A DNA stretch of 64,000 bases, from positions 4,522 to 68,521 of the forward strand of contig CAJFMW010000009.1 of the NCBI GenBank assembly GCA_904392525.1. Reading direction: 5' to 3'. The notes beneath the pieces were generated by a model. The model made no database searches. It had not been told where the DNA came from and worked only from the letters and a program-made list of their open reading frames with translations. Made by a program: the position numbers and the translations under genes. Of this stretch, positions 28,713 to 41,250 are shown piece after piece. Position 1 is the stretch's first letter. The number at the start of each line of letters is the position of its first letter. Origin of the DNA: an uncultured Eisenbergiella sp. GTDB taxonomy: Bacteria > Bacillota > Clostridia > Lachnospirales > Lachnospiraceae.

Positions 28713-30326
28713 CTATCGCACCTGCTCCAGCGCTCTTCCCGCCAGATACCTGGACAGATTAAAGGTTCTGATTCCGTCTTTCTCTGCCCTCGCTTCCATC
28801 CGGTCAAAATAACGTTTCATGGAATCTGTCTGTCCGCACAAAAATTCATAATTCTCCTCCGAGGCCAGCACCGGAACCGCATCCGCAGAGAGCTCCGACA
28901 GATACAGGAAATCCCCGTAAAATTCCTCCCTCTGTTCCGCCGTAAGCTCCATGCCGCTCTCCCGGTTCACATACTCCATGTTATACCGGGCAATCCAGTA
29001 GTCCGGTTTCGCAAAGGCAAGAACAATGTAGAAAACCGTCACAACAGCGGTAATATACCGAAACAGCGGAAAATCAGACCGGAAAATGCTGCACATAATC
29101 CCCACAAACACCACCGCAATCACAGCGAGCGCCCAGAGAACAAGTATACGAAGGAAGGTCAGCCGGTAGGCGTCGATGTACAGAAGCATCCGCCAGGCGC
29201 TTGAGGCCATCATACAATAGGTACACAGGGAAATTACCGTAAGAATCCCCTTCAATACTCTGCTTTCCCGGAAAAAGGAAAGGCAGACCAGCACGATCAC
29301 CAGGTTAATCACACAGACTGCAAGAAGCTGAAAGAAGCCCTGTCTGGCGTATGAGGCATAGGACTGCCCTTCCGGAAGGCCTGATTTGCGCAGAAACAGA
29401 TAGACGATCTGTATGCCGCAGAAAATCAGATAAACAACAGCAAGCACGGATGTGACGGTAATCGCAAGCACCGGTTCCTGATTTCGCTTATCCGCACACT
29501 CCTCTCTGATCACCCTCCGGTTCAGCATGGCGATGAAGCTATAGGAGGCAAAAAACATGGTTACCAGCATGAAGCCGACCATAAAAATATCAATAGGCTC
29601 CACATAGTCAAACAGATGAATGAAAAGCTCCCTGAAAACCAGATCCGCACTGGCAAGCAGCGCCAGAATGATGACCAGCAGCGGGCACAGAATCACAATG
29701 CCAAGCAGCACATACCTGCTCTTCGTGTTTTTTCCGTCTTTCTCCCTTTCCTTCAGCCATGCGTTTCCGTCACTGACCGGATACCCCAGCGAAGCGACTG
29801 TCTCCAGTAGTCCCTGCCCCAGCGAAAGCAGATACTTGGGCAGATTCCAACGCTCATCGTTCAGATACTGATGCAGCATCATACTGACCACAAGCAGGAA
29901 AATGCCTGCCTTGGTAACGTTGTTTATGGCGATGTTGTCCGTCAGAAATACGCTGACGCCAAGAAGCAGGATACTGACCAGATAGAATATACTGTCTTTT
30001 TTCCATGGAACATTTCTGTTCCATGGAGCGCTTCCGTTCCATGGAGCCCCTGACCTTCTGGTACATGAGTAAAAATAAACAAGGGTTCCTGCCACGAAAA
30101 AAGGCCAGGTGATCCCTGATGCGTTCCGATACAGGCAGAACGCGTAAAAAAGAGCATACAGGGCGCTTGCTCCGCCGAAGAAAGCATAATTCTTCCTCAT
30201 GAAAATTCGGTGCTCATCCACCTGGGCAGATACCTTCGCAGGAGCGCTCCCTCCCGCTTCGCTTTTCTGCCCTGCCGCCCTCGCGCAGCCCGATTCCTTT
30301 TCCATTCTCTCTTCCATAAAGCCCAT
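28713..30326 (-). CDS. DUF4153/DUF4173 multi-pass membrane protein
   Basis: LLASADLVF, YASYARQGFFQL, RMLLYIDAYRLTFLR, YLSELSADAVP. Confidence 0.82.
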   Translation of the reverse strand: MGFMEERMEKESGCARAAGQKSEAGGSAPAKVSAQVDEHRIFMRKNYAFFGGASALYALFYAFCLYRNASGITWPFFVAGTLVYFYSCTRRSGAPWNGSAPWNRNVPWKKDSIFYLVSILLLGVSVFLTDNIAINNVTKAGIFLLVVSMMLHQYLNDERWNLPKYLLSLGQGLLETVASLGYPVSDGNAWLKEREKDGKNTKSRYVLLGIVILCPLLVIILALLASADLVFRELFIHLFDYVEPIDIFMVGFMLVTMFFASYSFIAMLNRRVIREECADKRNQEPVLAITVTSVLAVVYLIFCGIQIVYLFLRKSGLPEGQSYASYARQGFFQLLAVCVINLVIVLVCLSFFRESRVLKGILTVISLCTYCMMASSAWRMLLYIDAYRLTFLRILVLWALAVIAVVFVGIMCSIFRSDFPLFRYITAVVTVFYIVLAFAKPDYWIARYNMEYVNRESGMELTAEQREEFYGDFLYLSELSADAVPVLASEENYEFLCGQTDSMKRYFDRMEARAEKDGIRTFNLSRYLAGRALEQVR

Positions 30327-30418
30327 CCTTTCCGGAGACAGATTATGCCATACATTTACTGCACATTCTGCCCCACTTTCAGCTTTTTGCCATCTTTTTT
30401 CAGGCCGTCCGGACAGCT

Positions 30419-30643
30419 CTACTGCTCATCGTCCTCTTCATCTTCCACATACTGCAGAATATCCCCGGGCTGGCAGTCCAGCGCCTTACAGATTGCGTTC
30501 AGCGTGGACAGACGTACGGCCTTCGCCTTGTTATTTTTAAGGATTGACAGATTGGCGAGCGTGATATCCACTTCTCCGGCAAGTTCTGTCAGCCCCTTTT
30601 TTCTTTTGGCCATCATCACGTCAAGATTGATCACAATCGACAT
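30419..30643 (-). CDS. Cro/C1-type HTH regulator (YozG-like)
   Basis: NLDVMMAKRK...ANLSILKNNKAKAVRLSTL..IC.ALDCQPGDIL. Confidence 0.92.
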   Translation of the reverse strand: MSIVINLDVMMAKRKKGLTELAGEVDITLANLSILKNNKAKAVRLSTLNAICKALDCQPGDILQYVEDEEDDEQ

Positions 30644-30673
30644 GCCTACCTCCATTTCGATACGTTTTTTATT

Positions 30674-31123
30674 CTATATGGTCAGATCATTTTCCAGCTT
30701 ATAGGCCACCGCCCTGTCAAAAACCTGGCTGAGCACCTTGCTGAACAGCCCCGCTATTACGAAAACCAGAATAATGATCATGACTGCCGGGGTCAGATAT
30801 AAAACCATCCTTCCCGCCGTCACCAGCGCAATCAGAAAGCTGTATGTTCCCATCCTGTTCAGGCTCTTCACATTGGCTTCCACAAAACAGTCGTTCGCCA
30901 GAACTGTCCGGAACATCCGCCGCAGCTCATACAGAATCAGCTCCGCCAGAATACCGGATACTGCAAACAGCACGATGAGCTGTACATAATACTGGGCAAA
31001 CCAGGAATTGATATACCCGTAGATTCTGACAGAAACCGGCAGGGTCACAATTACCGCAATCCCCGCAAAAAACATGACATCCAAAAGCAGCTTGGTAGCC
31101 TTAATCAGAGTGTTTTCTTTCAT
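30674..31123 (-). CDS. DUF2975 membrane protein
   Basis: Four TM helices, CF..NVKSL, C-terminal A..K.ENDLTI; adjacent to a YozG-like HTH gene. Confidence 0.85.
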   Translation of the reverse strand: MKENTLIKATKLLLDVMFFAGIAVIVTLPVSVRIYGYINSWFAQYYVQLIVLFAVSGILAELILYELRRMFRTVLANDCFVEANVKSLNRMGTYSFLIALVTAGRMVLYLTPAVMIIILVFVIAGLFSKVLSQVFDRAVAYKLENDLTI

Positions 31124-31450
31124 GGCCTCGTTTCCTTTCTCTTCCTTCAGAGTTTCCCCGCAGGCAGCTCCGGCATATATCCAGATCGCTGTCTCCGGAC
31201 GGCATCTCATGCTCTGCAATCAAAATATCATGTTGTGCATTGAAAGTCAATATGTTTTTATTGATTTACGATAAAATTTTATTCTTGTTCAATATGTACA
31301 GTGAATGGAATGGGGAGATGGGGAAATAGACGGGTGCGATGGACTGAAATGCTCAAACGGCATCTGTAAATGACATCAACGCCAAAATAAAGCGGACGTA
31401 CAGGATATCTTTTTTCCCGCACATCCGCTTTAAAATCAAATGATTCCTCT

Positions 31451-32134
31451 TTATCCTTCCGCCGTAACCTCCACCGCTACGATCTCTTCCGCTCTGTTCA
31501 GCGCGGCAAGAACCTTCTGGATCTCATAGACCTCCGGAAGCACCAGAAGCACCTTGATCTCCAGAAGTCCGTCCGGAAGCTTTACGGCACTGAAGCCCTG
31601 CACCCTCACCCTGGACAGTTCGATGCAGTCGGCCAGAATGGCATGCACATCCGTATCCTGATGGACACGCATGGTCAGCTTTTCTACAGAAGCGTTCCTG
31701 ACCAGCCGGGCGCTTCTGTGAAAGAAAAACTGCAGTCCGAGAACCAGAAGCGTGGCGAATACGGCGATGATGTACATACCGCCTCCCATCGCCACACCGA
31801 TGCCTACGGTGGCCCACAGCCCCGCAGACGTAGTCAGTCCGCTGACTGTCAGCTTTCTGGTGAAAATCACGCCCGCGCCGAGAAAGCCGATGGCAGTCAC
31901 AATTCCCGCCGCAATACGGGAGGGATCCAGATTCACATTCGCGCTCAGAACGTCCGCAAAGCCATACTTGCTCACCAGCATCATCAGGCAGGAGGTCAGA
32001 GCCACAATGGAATGCGTGCGGATTCCTGCCGTTTTCAGGTTATTTTCCCTCTCATAGCCGATACAGGCCCCGCACAGAGTCGCCGCCGCGATCCGTGCCA
32101 CCCAGATCAGTTCATTCATCCAGTTAATACCCAT
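31451..32134 (-). CDS. MgtC/SapB family membrane protein
   Basis: IGYERE...AGIRTH, DPSRIAAGIVTAIGFLGAG, GLTTSAGLW. Confidence 0.92.
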   Translation of the reverse strand: MGINWMNELIWVARIAAATLCGACIGYERENNLKTAGIRTHSIVALTSCLMMLVSKYGFADVLSANVNLDPSRIAAGIVTAIGFLGAGVIFTRKLTVSGLTTSAGLWATVGIGVAMGGGMYIIAVFATLLVLGLQFFFHRSARLVRNASVEKLTMRVHQDTDVHAILADCIELSRVRVQGFSAVKLPDGLLEIKVLLVLPEVYEIQKVLAALNRAEEIVAVEVTAEG

Positions 32135-32241
32135 TCTTCCTCCTGATTTCTGCGTTTAAACCATCCGGCGGGCCGGAGCTGCCGCCCCTGCACCCGCCGG
32201 AAAACTGCGTTGTTTCTATAAATTTTTTGTCAATTCATGGC

Positions 32242-35247
<3,006 letters not shown>

Positions 35248-35386
35248 TTATAAACCCCCGTTCTACTGTATTTCAGCGGTAGCTCCGCTCTGATTGTGAT
35301 ACTGTAAATTATAATGAAAATATGATACACTTACAAGCAGAATCAGAAAAAGAAAACGGAAAAAACGCTTTCAACTGGAGGTAAGC

Positions 35387-36607
35387 ATGCAGAATACACT
35401 CTATACCATAACCGGAACCGTCACTCTGAAAAAGGGCGCAGGCCGCTCTCTGAAAGCGGGCGGCATGTGGGTTTATGACAATGAAATTTCTTCCATGGAC
35501 GAAAATGTGCAGGACGGCGGCCTGGTCCATGTGCTGGACTTCGACGGCTTCTTTCTGGGAACAGGCTTCATCAACCGGCGCTCCAAAATTACGGTGCGTC
35601 TGCTCGCCCGCAGGAAGGATACGGTGATCGACGATGCATTCTGGGAAAAGCGGGTAAGAGATGCCTGGGAATACCGGAAGCAGACGGTGGATACGGGAAG
35701 CTGCCGGATCATCTTCGGCGAAGCGGACTGGTTTCCCGGCCTGGTGGTAGACAAGTTTTCCGACGTGCTGGTGGTGGAATCCCTGGCGCTCGGCATTGAC
35801 CGCTTCAAACCTCTGATCCTGGATATTCTGCGCCGCGTTCTTTCTGAGGACGGCATCCAGATGCGCGGCGTCTATGAGCGCAGCGATGCCAAAGTCCGCC
35901 TCCAGGAAGGCATGGAACGCTTCAAAGGCTTTCTTTCGGAGCCCTTCGATACCCGCGTACAGATCGAGGAAAACGGCGTGAAGTATCTGGTTGACGTGCA
36001 GGACGGCCAGAAAACCGGCTTTTTCCTGGATCAGAAAAACAACCGGGCCGCCATCCATCAGATCTGCGCCGGAAAACGGGTGCTGGACTGCTTCACCCAC
36101 ACCGGCTCCTTCGCTCTGAACGCAGGAAAGGCCGGGGCAGCTGACGTTCTTGGTGTGGACGCTTCCCAGACCGGCATCGACATGGCGGAGGAGAACGCCC
36201 GCCTGAACGGCCTGCAGGACCGGGTACACTTCACCTGCGCGGACGTGTTCGACCTGCTTCCCCGGCTGGAAGCCGAAGGGGAACGCTACGGCGTGGTCAT
36301 TCTGGACCCTCCCGCCTTCACCAAATCCCGCAATTCCATCAAGAACGCGGTGAAGGGCTACCGGGAGATCAATCTGCGCGGCCTGAAGCTGGTGGAGGAC
36401 GGCGGCTTTCTCGTCACCTGCTCCTGCTCCCATTTCATGGACCCGGAGCTTTTCGCCAAAACCATCCGGGAAGCGGCCCACGGCGCCCACAAACGTCTCC
36501 GCCAGGTCTATTTCGGCACCCAGTGCTGCGACCATCCCATTCTCTGGGCGGCGGACGAGTCCTATTATCTGAAGTTTTATATCTTTCAGGTGAGGGAGGA
36601 GATCTAG
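35387..36607 (+). CDS. RlmI/YwbD-like class I SAM-dependent rRNA methyltransferase
   Basis: PUA-like N-terminus, GQKTGFFLDQ, LDCFTHTGSF, ILDPPAF, TCSCS. Confidence 0.9.
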   Translation: MQNTLYTITGTVTLKKGAGRSLKAGGMWVYDNEISSMDENVQDGGLVHVLDFDGFFLGTGFINRRSKITVRLLARRKDTVIDDAFWEKRVRDAWEYRKQTVDTGSCRIIFGEADWFPGLVVDKFSDVLVVESLALGIDRFKPLILDILRRVLSEDGIQMRGVYERSDAKVRLQEGMERFKGFLSEPFDTRVQIEENGVKYLVDVQDGQKTGFFLDQKNNRAAIHQICAGKRVLDCFTHTGSFALNAGKAGAADVLGVDASQTGIDMAEENARLNGLQDRVHFTCADVFDLLPRLEAEGERYGVVILDPPAFTKSRNSIKNAVKGYREINLRGLKLVEDGGFLVTCSCSHFMDPELFAKTIREAAHGAHKRLRQVYFGTQCCDHPILWAADESYYLKFYIFQVREEI

Positions 36608-36671
36608 TAAGGCCGTCAGGATAAAAATGTGACCTGTGCTTGCGCTTCGACGTCAGAAATGTTTTTAACAT

Positions 36672-36711
36672 CAGCCGTCAACTATTCCCAGTAGTTGGCG
36701 GCTATTTCTTT
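36672..36711. terminator. Bidirectional terminator-like hairpin, near-identical to 52426-52465
   Basis: AGCCGTCAACTA-loop-TAGTTGGCGGCT followed by ATTTCTTTT, between convergent genes. Confidence 0.75.
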
Positions 36712-36716
36712 TCCAG

Positions 36717-37964
36717 CTACCAGCTCATCCTTCCCTCCAGCCTCACCCTCTCCTGTCCGGAAACGATCTCTCCGATTTCATAGCAGGCACATTGCCGCGA
36801 TACCAGCCGCTTTACGGTTTCCGCATGCTCCCGGCCTGTCACCAGCACCAGTCCGGCTCCGCAGTTGAAGGTACGAAGCATTTCATCCTCCCGGATTCCA
36901 CCCTGCTCCCTGATAAAGTGAAAAATGGCAGGAATCCGGAGACTGGAAAGGTCGATGCGGGCCGTCAGGCCATCCGGAATCACACGACACAGATTGCCCG
37001 CTATTCCGCCTCCGGTAATATGGGCCATGGCATGAAGAAGCTTCCTTTCCACCGCTTCCTTCACCGCTTTATAGTAAGGTGTGTGCGGCTTCATGATCTG
37101 CTCAATAAAGGTCAGGCCCTCGATCCTTTCCAGCTTGATCTGAGGCATCCGCTCCATCATCAGCCGGACAAGAGAATATCCGTTGGTGTGCAGTCCATTG
37201 GATGCGGCTGCCAGAACCACTTCCCCTTCCCGGACCGCGCTCCCATCAATAATTCTCTCCTTTTCCACAATCCCTGCAATGCTCGCGGTGAGCACGTAAG
37301 TTCCCGCATTCACCACCTGCGGCTGAATGGATGTCTCTCCGCCCACAAGGGAACACTCATTTTCCCGGCAGGCATCGGAAATTCCCTTTACCAGCGCATG
37401 GATCGTATCCTTTTCCGCGTTTCCGCAGACGATGGTATCCAGCACGGCAAGCGGCTTTGCTCCCATCACGATGATGTCATTGACCAGGTGGTTGATCATA
37501 TCATGACAGATCGACTCCGTATAGCCGTATTCCACTGCAAGCTTCTGTTTGGACCCCGGCTCCTCGGATTTCAGCACCAGAACGGGATGCTTCATGTCAG
37601 GAAAGTCAATGTCATAAAGGGATGCGAAAGCGCCCAGACCGTTCAACACCCGGCGGTCTCCCCGCTCCAGTACACCGGCCATCTCCCGTTTCATGGCGTC
37701 CGTATAGGCAATATCCACCCCCGCCCTGCTGTAGGAAAGCCCTTCCTCCGCCCGTTCCCTGCCTGCCAGAAGTTCATCCGCCGTCACCCCCAGCACGGCG
37801 GCAAGCTCCGCCAGAAGCTCGATATTGGGGCATGCGGTACCGTTTTCCCATTTGGATACCGCCTGAAAAGAGATATTCAGCCGTCCCGCAAGCTGCTGCT
37901 GTGTCATGCAGTGCTGTCTTCTTTTTTCCGCAATAAAAGCGCCGATTTTTTCCGTATCCAGCAT
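36717..37964 (-). CDS. purM: AIR synthetase (PurM) with an N-terminal XRE-family HTH
   Basis: IGAFIAEKRR..MTQQQLA..LNISFQAVSKWENG, then YSRAGVDI, LVGGET, SNGLHTNGYSL, HITGGG, RTFNCG. Confidence 0.88.
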   Translation of the reverse strand: MLDTEKIGAFIAEKRRQHCMTQQQLAGRLNISFQAVSKWENGTACPNIELLAELAAVLGVTADELLAGRERAEEGLSYSRAGVDIAYTDAMKREMAGVLERGDRRVLNGLGAFASLYDIDFPDMKHPVLVLKSEEPGSKQKLAVEYGYTESICHDMINHLVNDIIVMGAKPLAVLDTIVCGNAEKDTIHALVKGISDACRENECSLVGGETSIQPQVVNAGTYVLTASIAGIVEKERIIDGSAVREGEVVLAAASNGLHTNGYSLVRLMMERMPQIKLERIEGLTFIEQIMKPHTPYYKAVKEAVERKLLHAMAHITGGGIAGNLCRVIPDGLTARIDLSSLRIPAIFHFIREQGGIREDEMLRTFNCGAGLVLVTGREHAETVKRLVSRQCACYEIGEIVSGQERVRLEGRMSW

Positions 37965-38113
37965 ATTTTTCCGCTCCTTTCTCCTGGGATCAGCCGAAGG
38001 CTGTTTTCCTTCCCTGCGATTATTTTATCCTGTCTGAAGCCACCATGCACTAACCGCCGCATAGAATCTACTCCAATGGATTCAACCGCAGGTTGAAGCA
38101 GCAGGCCGGACAC

Positions 38114-38701
38114 TCATTCCATTTTCAAAACCGTTACACCGCCGCAGCCCTCAACAGCCGCTTTCACCGCCTGTTCCTCCACCTTTTGATTCACAAACAC
38201 TTCCGCAAATCCATCCCGGAAAGCCACATCGGTCACACCCTCTACCGAAGCGAGCGTATTCCTGATTCTTTCCCGACAGTTTTCACAGGTGATTCCGTCG
38301 ATATACACGGCCAGATAATCCATCCGTTCTATTTTGAAGATGACGGGTCTCGTTCCATCCGAACAGCAGGTGATCATGACCCTCTTGTCCTTCATCCATC
38401 CCCGCATAATGGCGCCGCCCTGCAAGCCGGTGTAGATGTATCTGGCAATGGCATCCCAGGCCTCAGAGCAGTGGGGAAAGGCGCTGCCACCAGCCGTTCC
38501 CTCCGCGGTGTACGAGGTCTGCTTCAATGTGTTCAGCCCCATGTGCCAGAAATCGTCCGCTCCGCCATAACGCTCAAACAGAAACTCATCCCCCACATGA
38601 TAACAGGGGCAGGCGCCGGATTGGGGATCCGCACAGTATTGCGCCTGAAGCTCGGGATACAGTTTTTTGTCGATTACAGTTACCTTTACTTTATGCTGCA
38701 T
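38114..38701 (-). CDS. TIGR04076-family protein with a C-terminal heavy-metal-associated domain
   Basis: ACPCY, CSEAWDAI, CCSDGTRPVIFKIER, then IDGITCENC (CxxC). Confidence 0.8.
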   Translation of the reverse strand: MQHKVKVTVIDKKLYPELQAQYCADPQSGACPCYHVGDEFLFERYGGADDFWHMGLNTLKQTSYTAEGTAGGSAFPHCSEAWDAIARYIYTGLQGGAIMRGWMKDKRVMITCCSDGTRPVIFKIERMDYLAVYIDGITCENCRERIRNTLASVEGVTDVAFRDGFAEVFVNQKVEEQAVKAAVEGCGGVTVLKME

Positions 38702-38713
38702 ATTTACCTCCAT

Positions 38714-38833
38714 GCCGAAGCGTTGCTGAGGCACGTGCGCCGAACCTCCAGTTCGGCGCTACGATAACGGGATTTGCGACGCTTCGGCGCAAATCCTGAT
38801 TGGAAAATGCGCTATCGAGCGCATTTTCCAATC
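38714..38833 (-). ncRNA. Structured three-hairpin/pseudoknot element, copy B, flanked by 11-bp direct repeats
   Basis: Stems 38737-38759 (9 bp), 38770-38796 (9 bp), 38798-38833 (16 bp); loop 38779-38787 is complementary to 38715-38723; TTTACCTCCAT at 38703-38713 and 38834-38844. Confidence 0.72.
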
Positions 38834-39021
38834 TTTACCTCCATATTAAAACGTTTTGGCTGCTGCTCAACCAATGCTGCGCTTTACACTGCGCCGATTG
38901 AAATCATCCGGGAGCATATGGTACAATGATTGCACGCAGTACAATCAAGACATTATTACGGCAGAACAGAAATCGTTCCCGGCACTTTCTGCTCTGCGAT
39001 GACGACTTGTGAGGTGACGCC

Positions 39022-39729
39022 ATGCTGACGCCGCGGTATTTCTTTTCTCAGGATTTCCGGCAGTTCCAGGACTACTTTCTGTCCCGTCCGCACAGAAAAA
39101 GGACGTTTCAGAAGGGAGAATACCTCTGGGAACCTGGACGTCCCTGCGAAAAGATCCACTACTTCCTTTCCGGCGCCGCCATCCATTATGCCGATCATGA
39201 AAGCGGACGCAGAAAAATCATCAGCTTTCACGGTGCGGGTACGGTGTTTCCCGGTTATCACCGGACGGACTACAGGATCGAGCTTTCTCTGGTCACCACG
39301 GCGCTGACCGAAATCCGGGCGCTGGAATTTACTGTCCCTCAGTTTCAGGAAATGTTTGAAACCAACACGGCTCTCAGCGAGCAGGTCGTCAACTGGTATG
39401 CCATGTATGTCAACCGCTTTCTGTTTGAGGCGGTACACCAGGAGTACAATTCCTCTCTGGTAAAAATCTGCAATCTGCTCTATCTGCTTTCCGGCAGCCC
39501 TTCCATCTCTTCGGAGTCTCCGGCCGCTCCTTCCGAATGCGCCGTCTCAGAAGCCGGCATTGATCTGACGCAGGAGGAGCTTGCCGGCCTGCTGGGCTTG
39601 AGCCGTGTACAGCTGACGAGAGGCCTTGGTGAGCTTCGAAGTCGGGGAATCATATCCACCAGCCGTTGTCGGATCCAGGTGCTCAACTTTCCGCTGCTCG
39701 CTGCGCTGTGCACCTCGGAAACCCTGTAG
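39022..39729 (+). CDS. Crp/Fnr family transcriptional regulator
   Basis: cNMP-binding-like N-terminus (FQKGEYLW..G...IHYFLSG); HTH LTQEELAGLLGLSRVQLTRGL. Confidence 0.88.
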   Translation: MLTPRYFFSQDFRQFQDYFLSRPHRKRTFQKGEYLWEPGRPCEKIHYFLSGAAIHYADHESGRRKIISFHGAGTVFPGYHRTDYRIELSLVTTALTEIRALEFTVPQFQEMFETNTALSEQVVNWYAMYVNRFLFEAVHQEYNSSLVKICNLLYLLSGSPSISSESPAAPSECAVSEAGIDLTQEELAGLLGLSRVQLTRGLGELRSRGIISTSRCRIQVLNFPLLAALCTSETL

Positions 39730-39860
39730 CATCCTGCTTTTATGGTATCGGTCTGCACCCCTTTTTGTCTGCTTCAAATGATGCAGAAGGAAATAAAACC
39801 TCACGCTGAAAAACGCCCCTCCGCAGCGAGGCGAAGCTTTGCTTCAGAATAAGGATTAAT

Positions 39861-40736
39861 ATGTACGAAAGAATTGTGACAGATTTTGATATAAGAACCA
39901 TCATGGATTCAGGACAGGTGTTCCGCATCCGCCCCCTCTCCGCGGCAGGCGAAACCTTCCTCGCCGCAGCGGGGAATCATGCCGTCCTCATCCGGCAGAA
40001 GCCGGAGTCAGAAGACCGGATGCGGGTATCCTTTTCCTGCACGGAGGAAGAATTTTCGGACTTCTGGAACAGCTATTTTGATCTGGACCGTGATTATGAA
40101 GCGATCCGCCGGTCGGTGGATCCAGCGGACGTCTTCCTCACTTCCGCCATCCGCTGTGGCTATGGCATCCGGATCCTGCGGCAGGATCTGTGGGAGACCA
40201 TCATCAGCTTTCTCGTTTCCCAGAACAACAACATCACCCGGATCCGCCGGAGCCTGGAGGCGCTCTGTGAACGGTGTGGAGAAAAAATTTCCGTGAATGC
40301 CTTCCCGGACGGCCCGGATGACTCCCTGACGGACGGAAGCGTTCACGCCTTCCCTTCTCCGGAAGCGGTCCTGGAAGGCGGGCCGGACGGCCTTGACGGA
40401 CTGGGCCTTGGCTACCGGGACAAATATATTTTCCGGATGGCGCAGCGCTGTGCGGGGCAGGAGGGACGGGAATGGCTTGGCCTGCTGCAGAAAAGCTCCT
40501 ATGAAGATGCACTGGCGCTTTTGTTGAAGGAGTACGGCATCGGGAAAAAAGTGGCGGACTGCATCTGCCTGTTCGCCCTGCATCATGTGGACGCCTTCCC
40601 CGTCGATACCCATATGAAGCAGATCCTCGCCGCCTTCTATCCGGAGGGCTTTCCCTTTTCCAGGTACGAGGGCTATGCGGGCATCCTGCAGCAGTACATG
40701 TTCTATTATAAGCTGACTCAAAGGAGAACTTCGTAA
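39861..40736 (+). CDS. 8-oxoguanine DNA glycosylase (Ogg1-like)
   Basis: DSGQVFR, GIRILRQDLWETIISF.VSQNNNI, GLGYR, GIGKKVADC, FPVDTH. Confidence 0.9.
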   Translation: MYERIVTDFDIRTIMDSGQVFRIRPLSAAGETFLAAAGNHAVLIRQKPESEDRMRVSFSCTEEEFSDFWNSYFDLDRDYEAIRRSVDPADVFLTSAIRCGYGIRILRQDLWETIISFLVSQNNNITRIRRSLEALCERCGEKISVNAFPDGPDDSLTDGSVHAFPSPEAVLEGGPDGLDGLGLGYRDKYIFRMAQRCAGQEGREWLGLLQKSSYEDALALLLKEYGIGKKVADCICLFALHHVDAFPVDTHMKQILAAFYPEGFPFSRYEGYAGILQQYMFYYKLTQRRTS

Positions 40737-41177
40737 ATGGACGCAACAGACAAAAAGATTCTTTCCATATTAAAAGAAAACAGCCGGGAAAGCGCCTCGG
40801 AAATCGCAAAGCGGGTTTCCCTCTCCGTTCCCGCCGTCACGGAACGAATCCGCAAGCTGGAACAGGGCGGCGTGATTGAAAAGTACACACTGCGGATCAA
40901 TCCCTGCGAGCTCGGCTATAATCTTCTGGTCTTTGTGCTGGTGAAAATCGACGCCTCCAGGAATCTGGAAGCCTTCCAGGACGAAGTGACGGCCCTTGCC
41001 AATGTGCTGGAATGCCATCACATCGCCGGGCCGTCCGACTATCTTCTGAAGGTGCTTGTAAAAGACATGCAGGATCTGGAAACCTTTCTCTCCTGCACCA
41101 TGAAGGATCTTCCCGGCATGGCGGAAACGCAAACGCTGTTCTGCCTGTCCACGCTGAAGGAAGAATTTTCCGTATAA
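40737..41177 (+). CDS. Lrp/AsnC family regulator
   Basis: MDATDKKIL...LS.PAVTERIRKLEQ.GVI; ECHHIAGPSDYLLKV. Confidence 0.92.
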   Translation: MDATDKKILSILKENSRESASEIAKRVSLSVPAVTERIRKLEQGGVIEKYTLRINPCELGYNLLVFVLVKIDASRNLEAFQDEVTALANVLECHHIAGPSDYLLKVLVKDMQDLETFLSCTMKDLPGMAETQTLFCLSTLKEEFSV

Positions 41178-41250
41178 AAAAAGAGGCCCGATGGCTTATT
41201 TTTCAGCGGCTTGCGCTTCAACGCCGGGCTGCAGTGATCTCCCAACGGTG

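Noticed and set aside
30001-30054. Three 18-bp repeats (APWN-like) inside the DUF4153 gene
   Set aside because: Short in-frame loop expansion with no evident further significance
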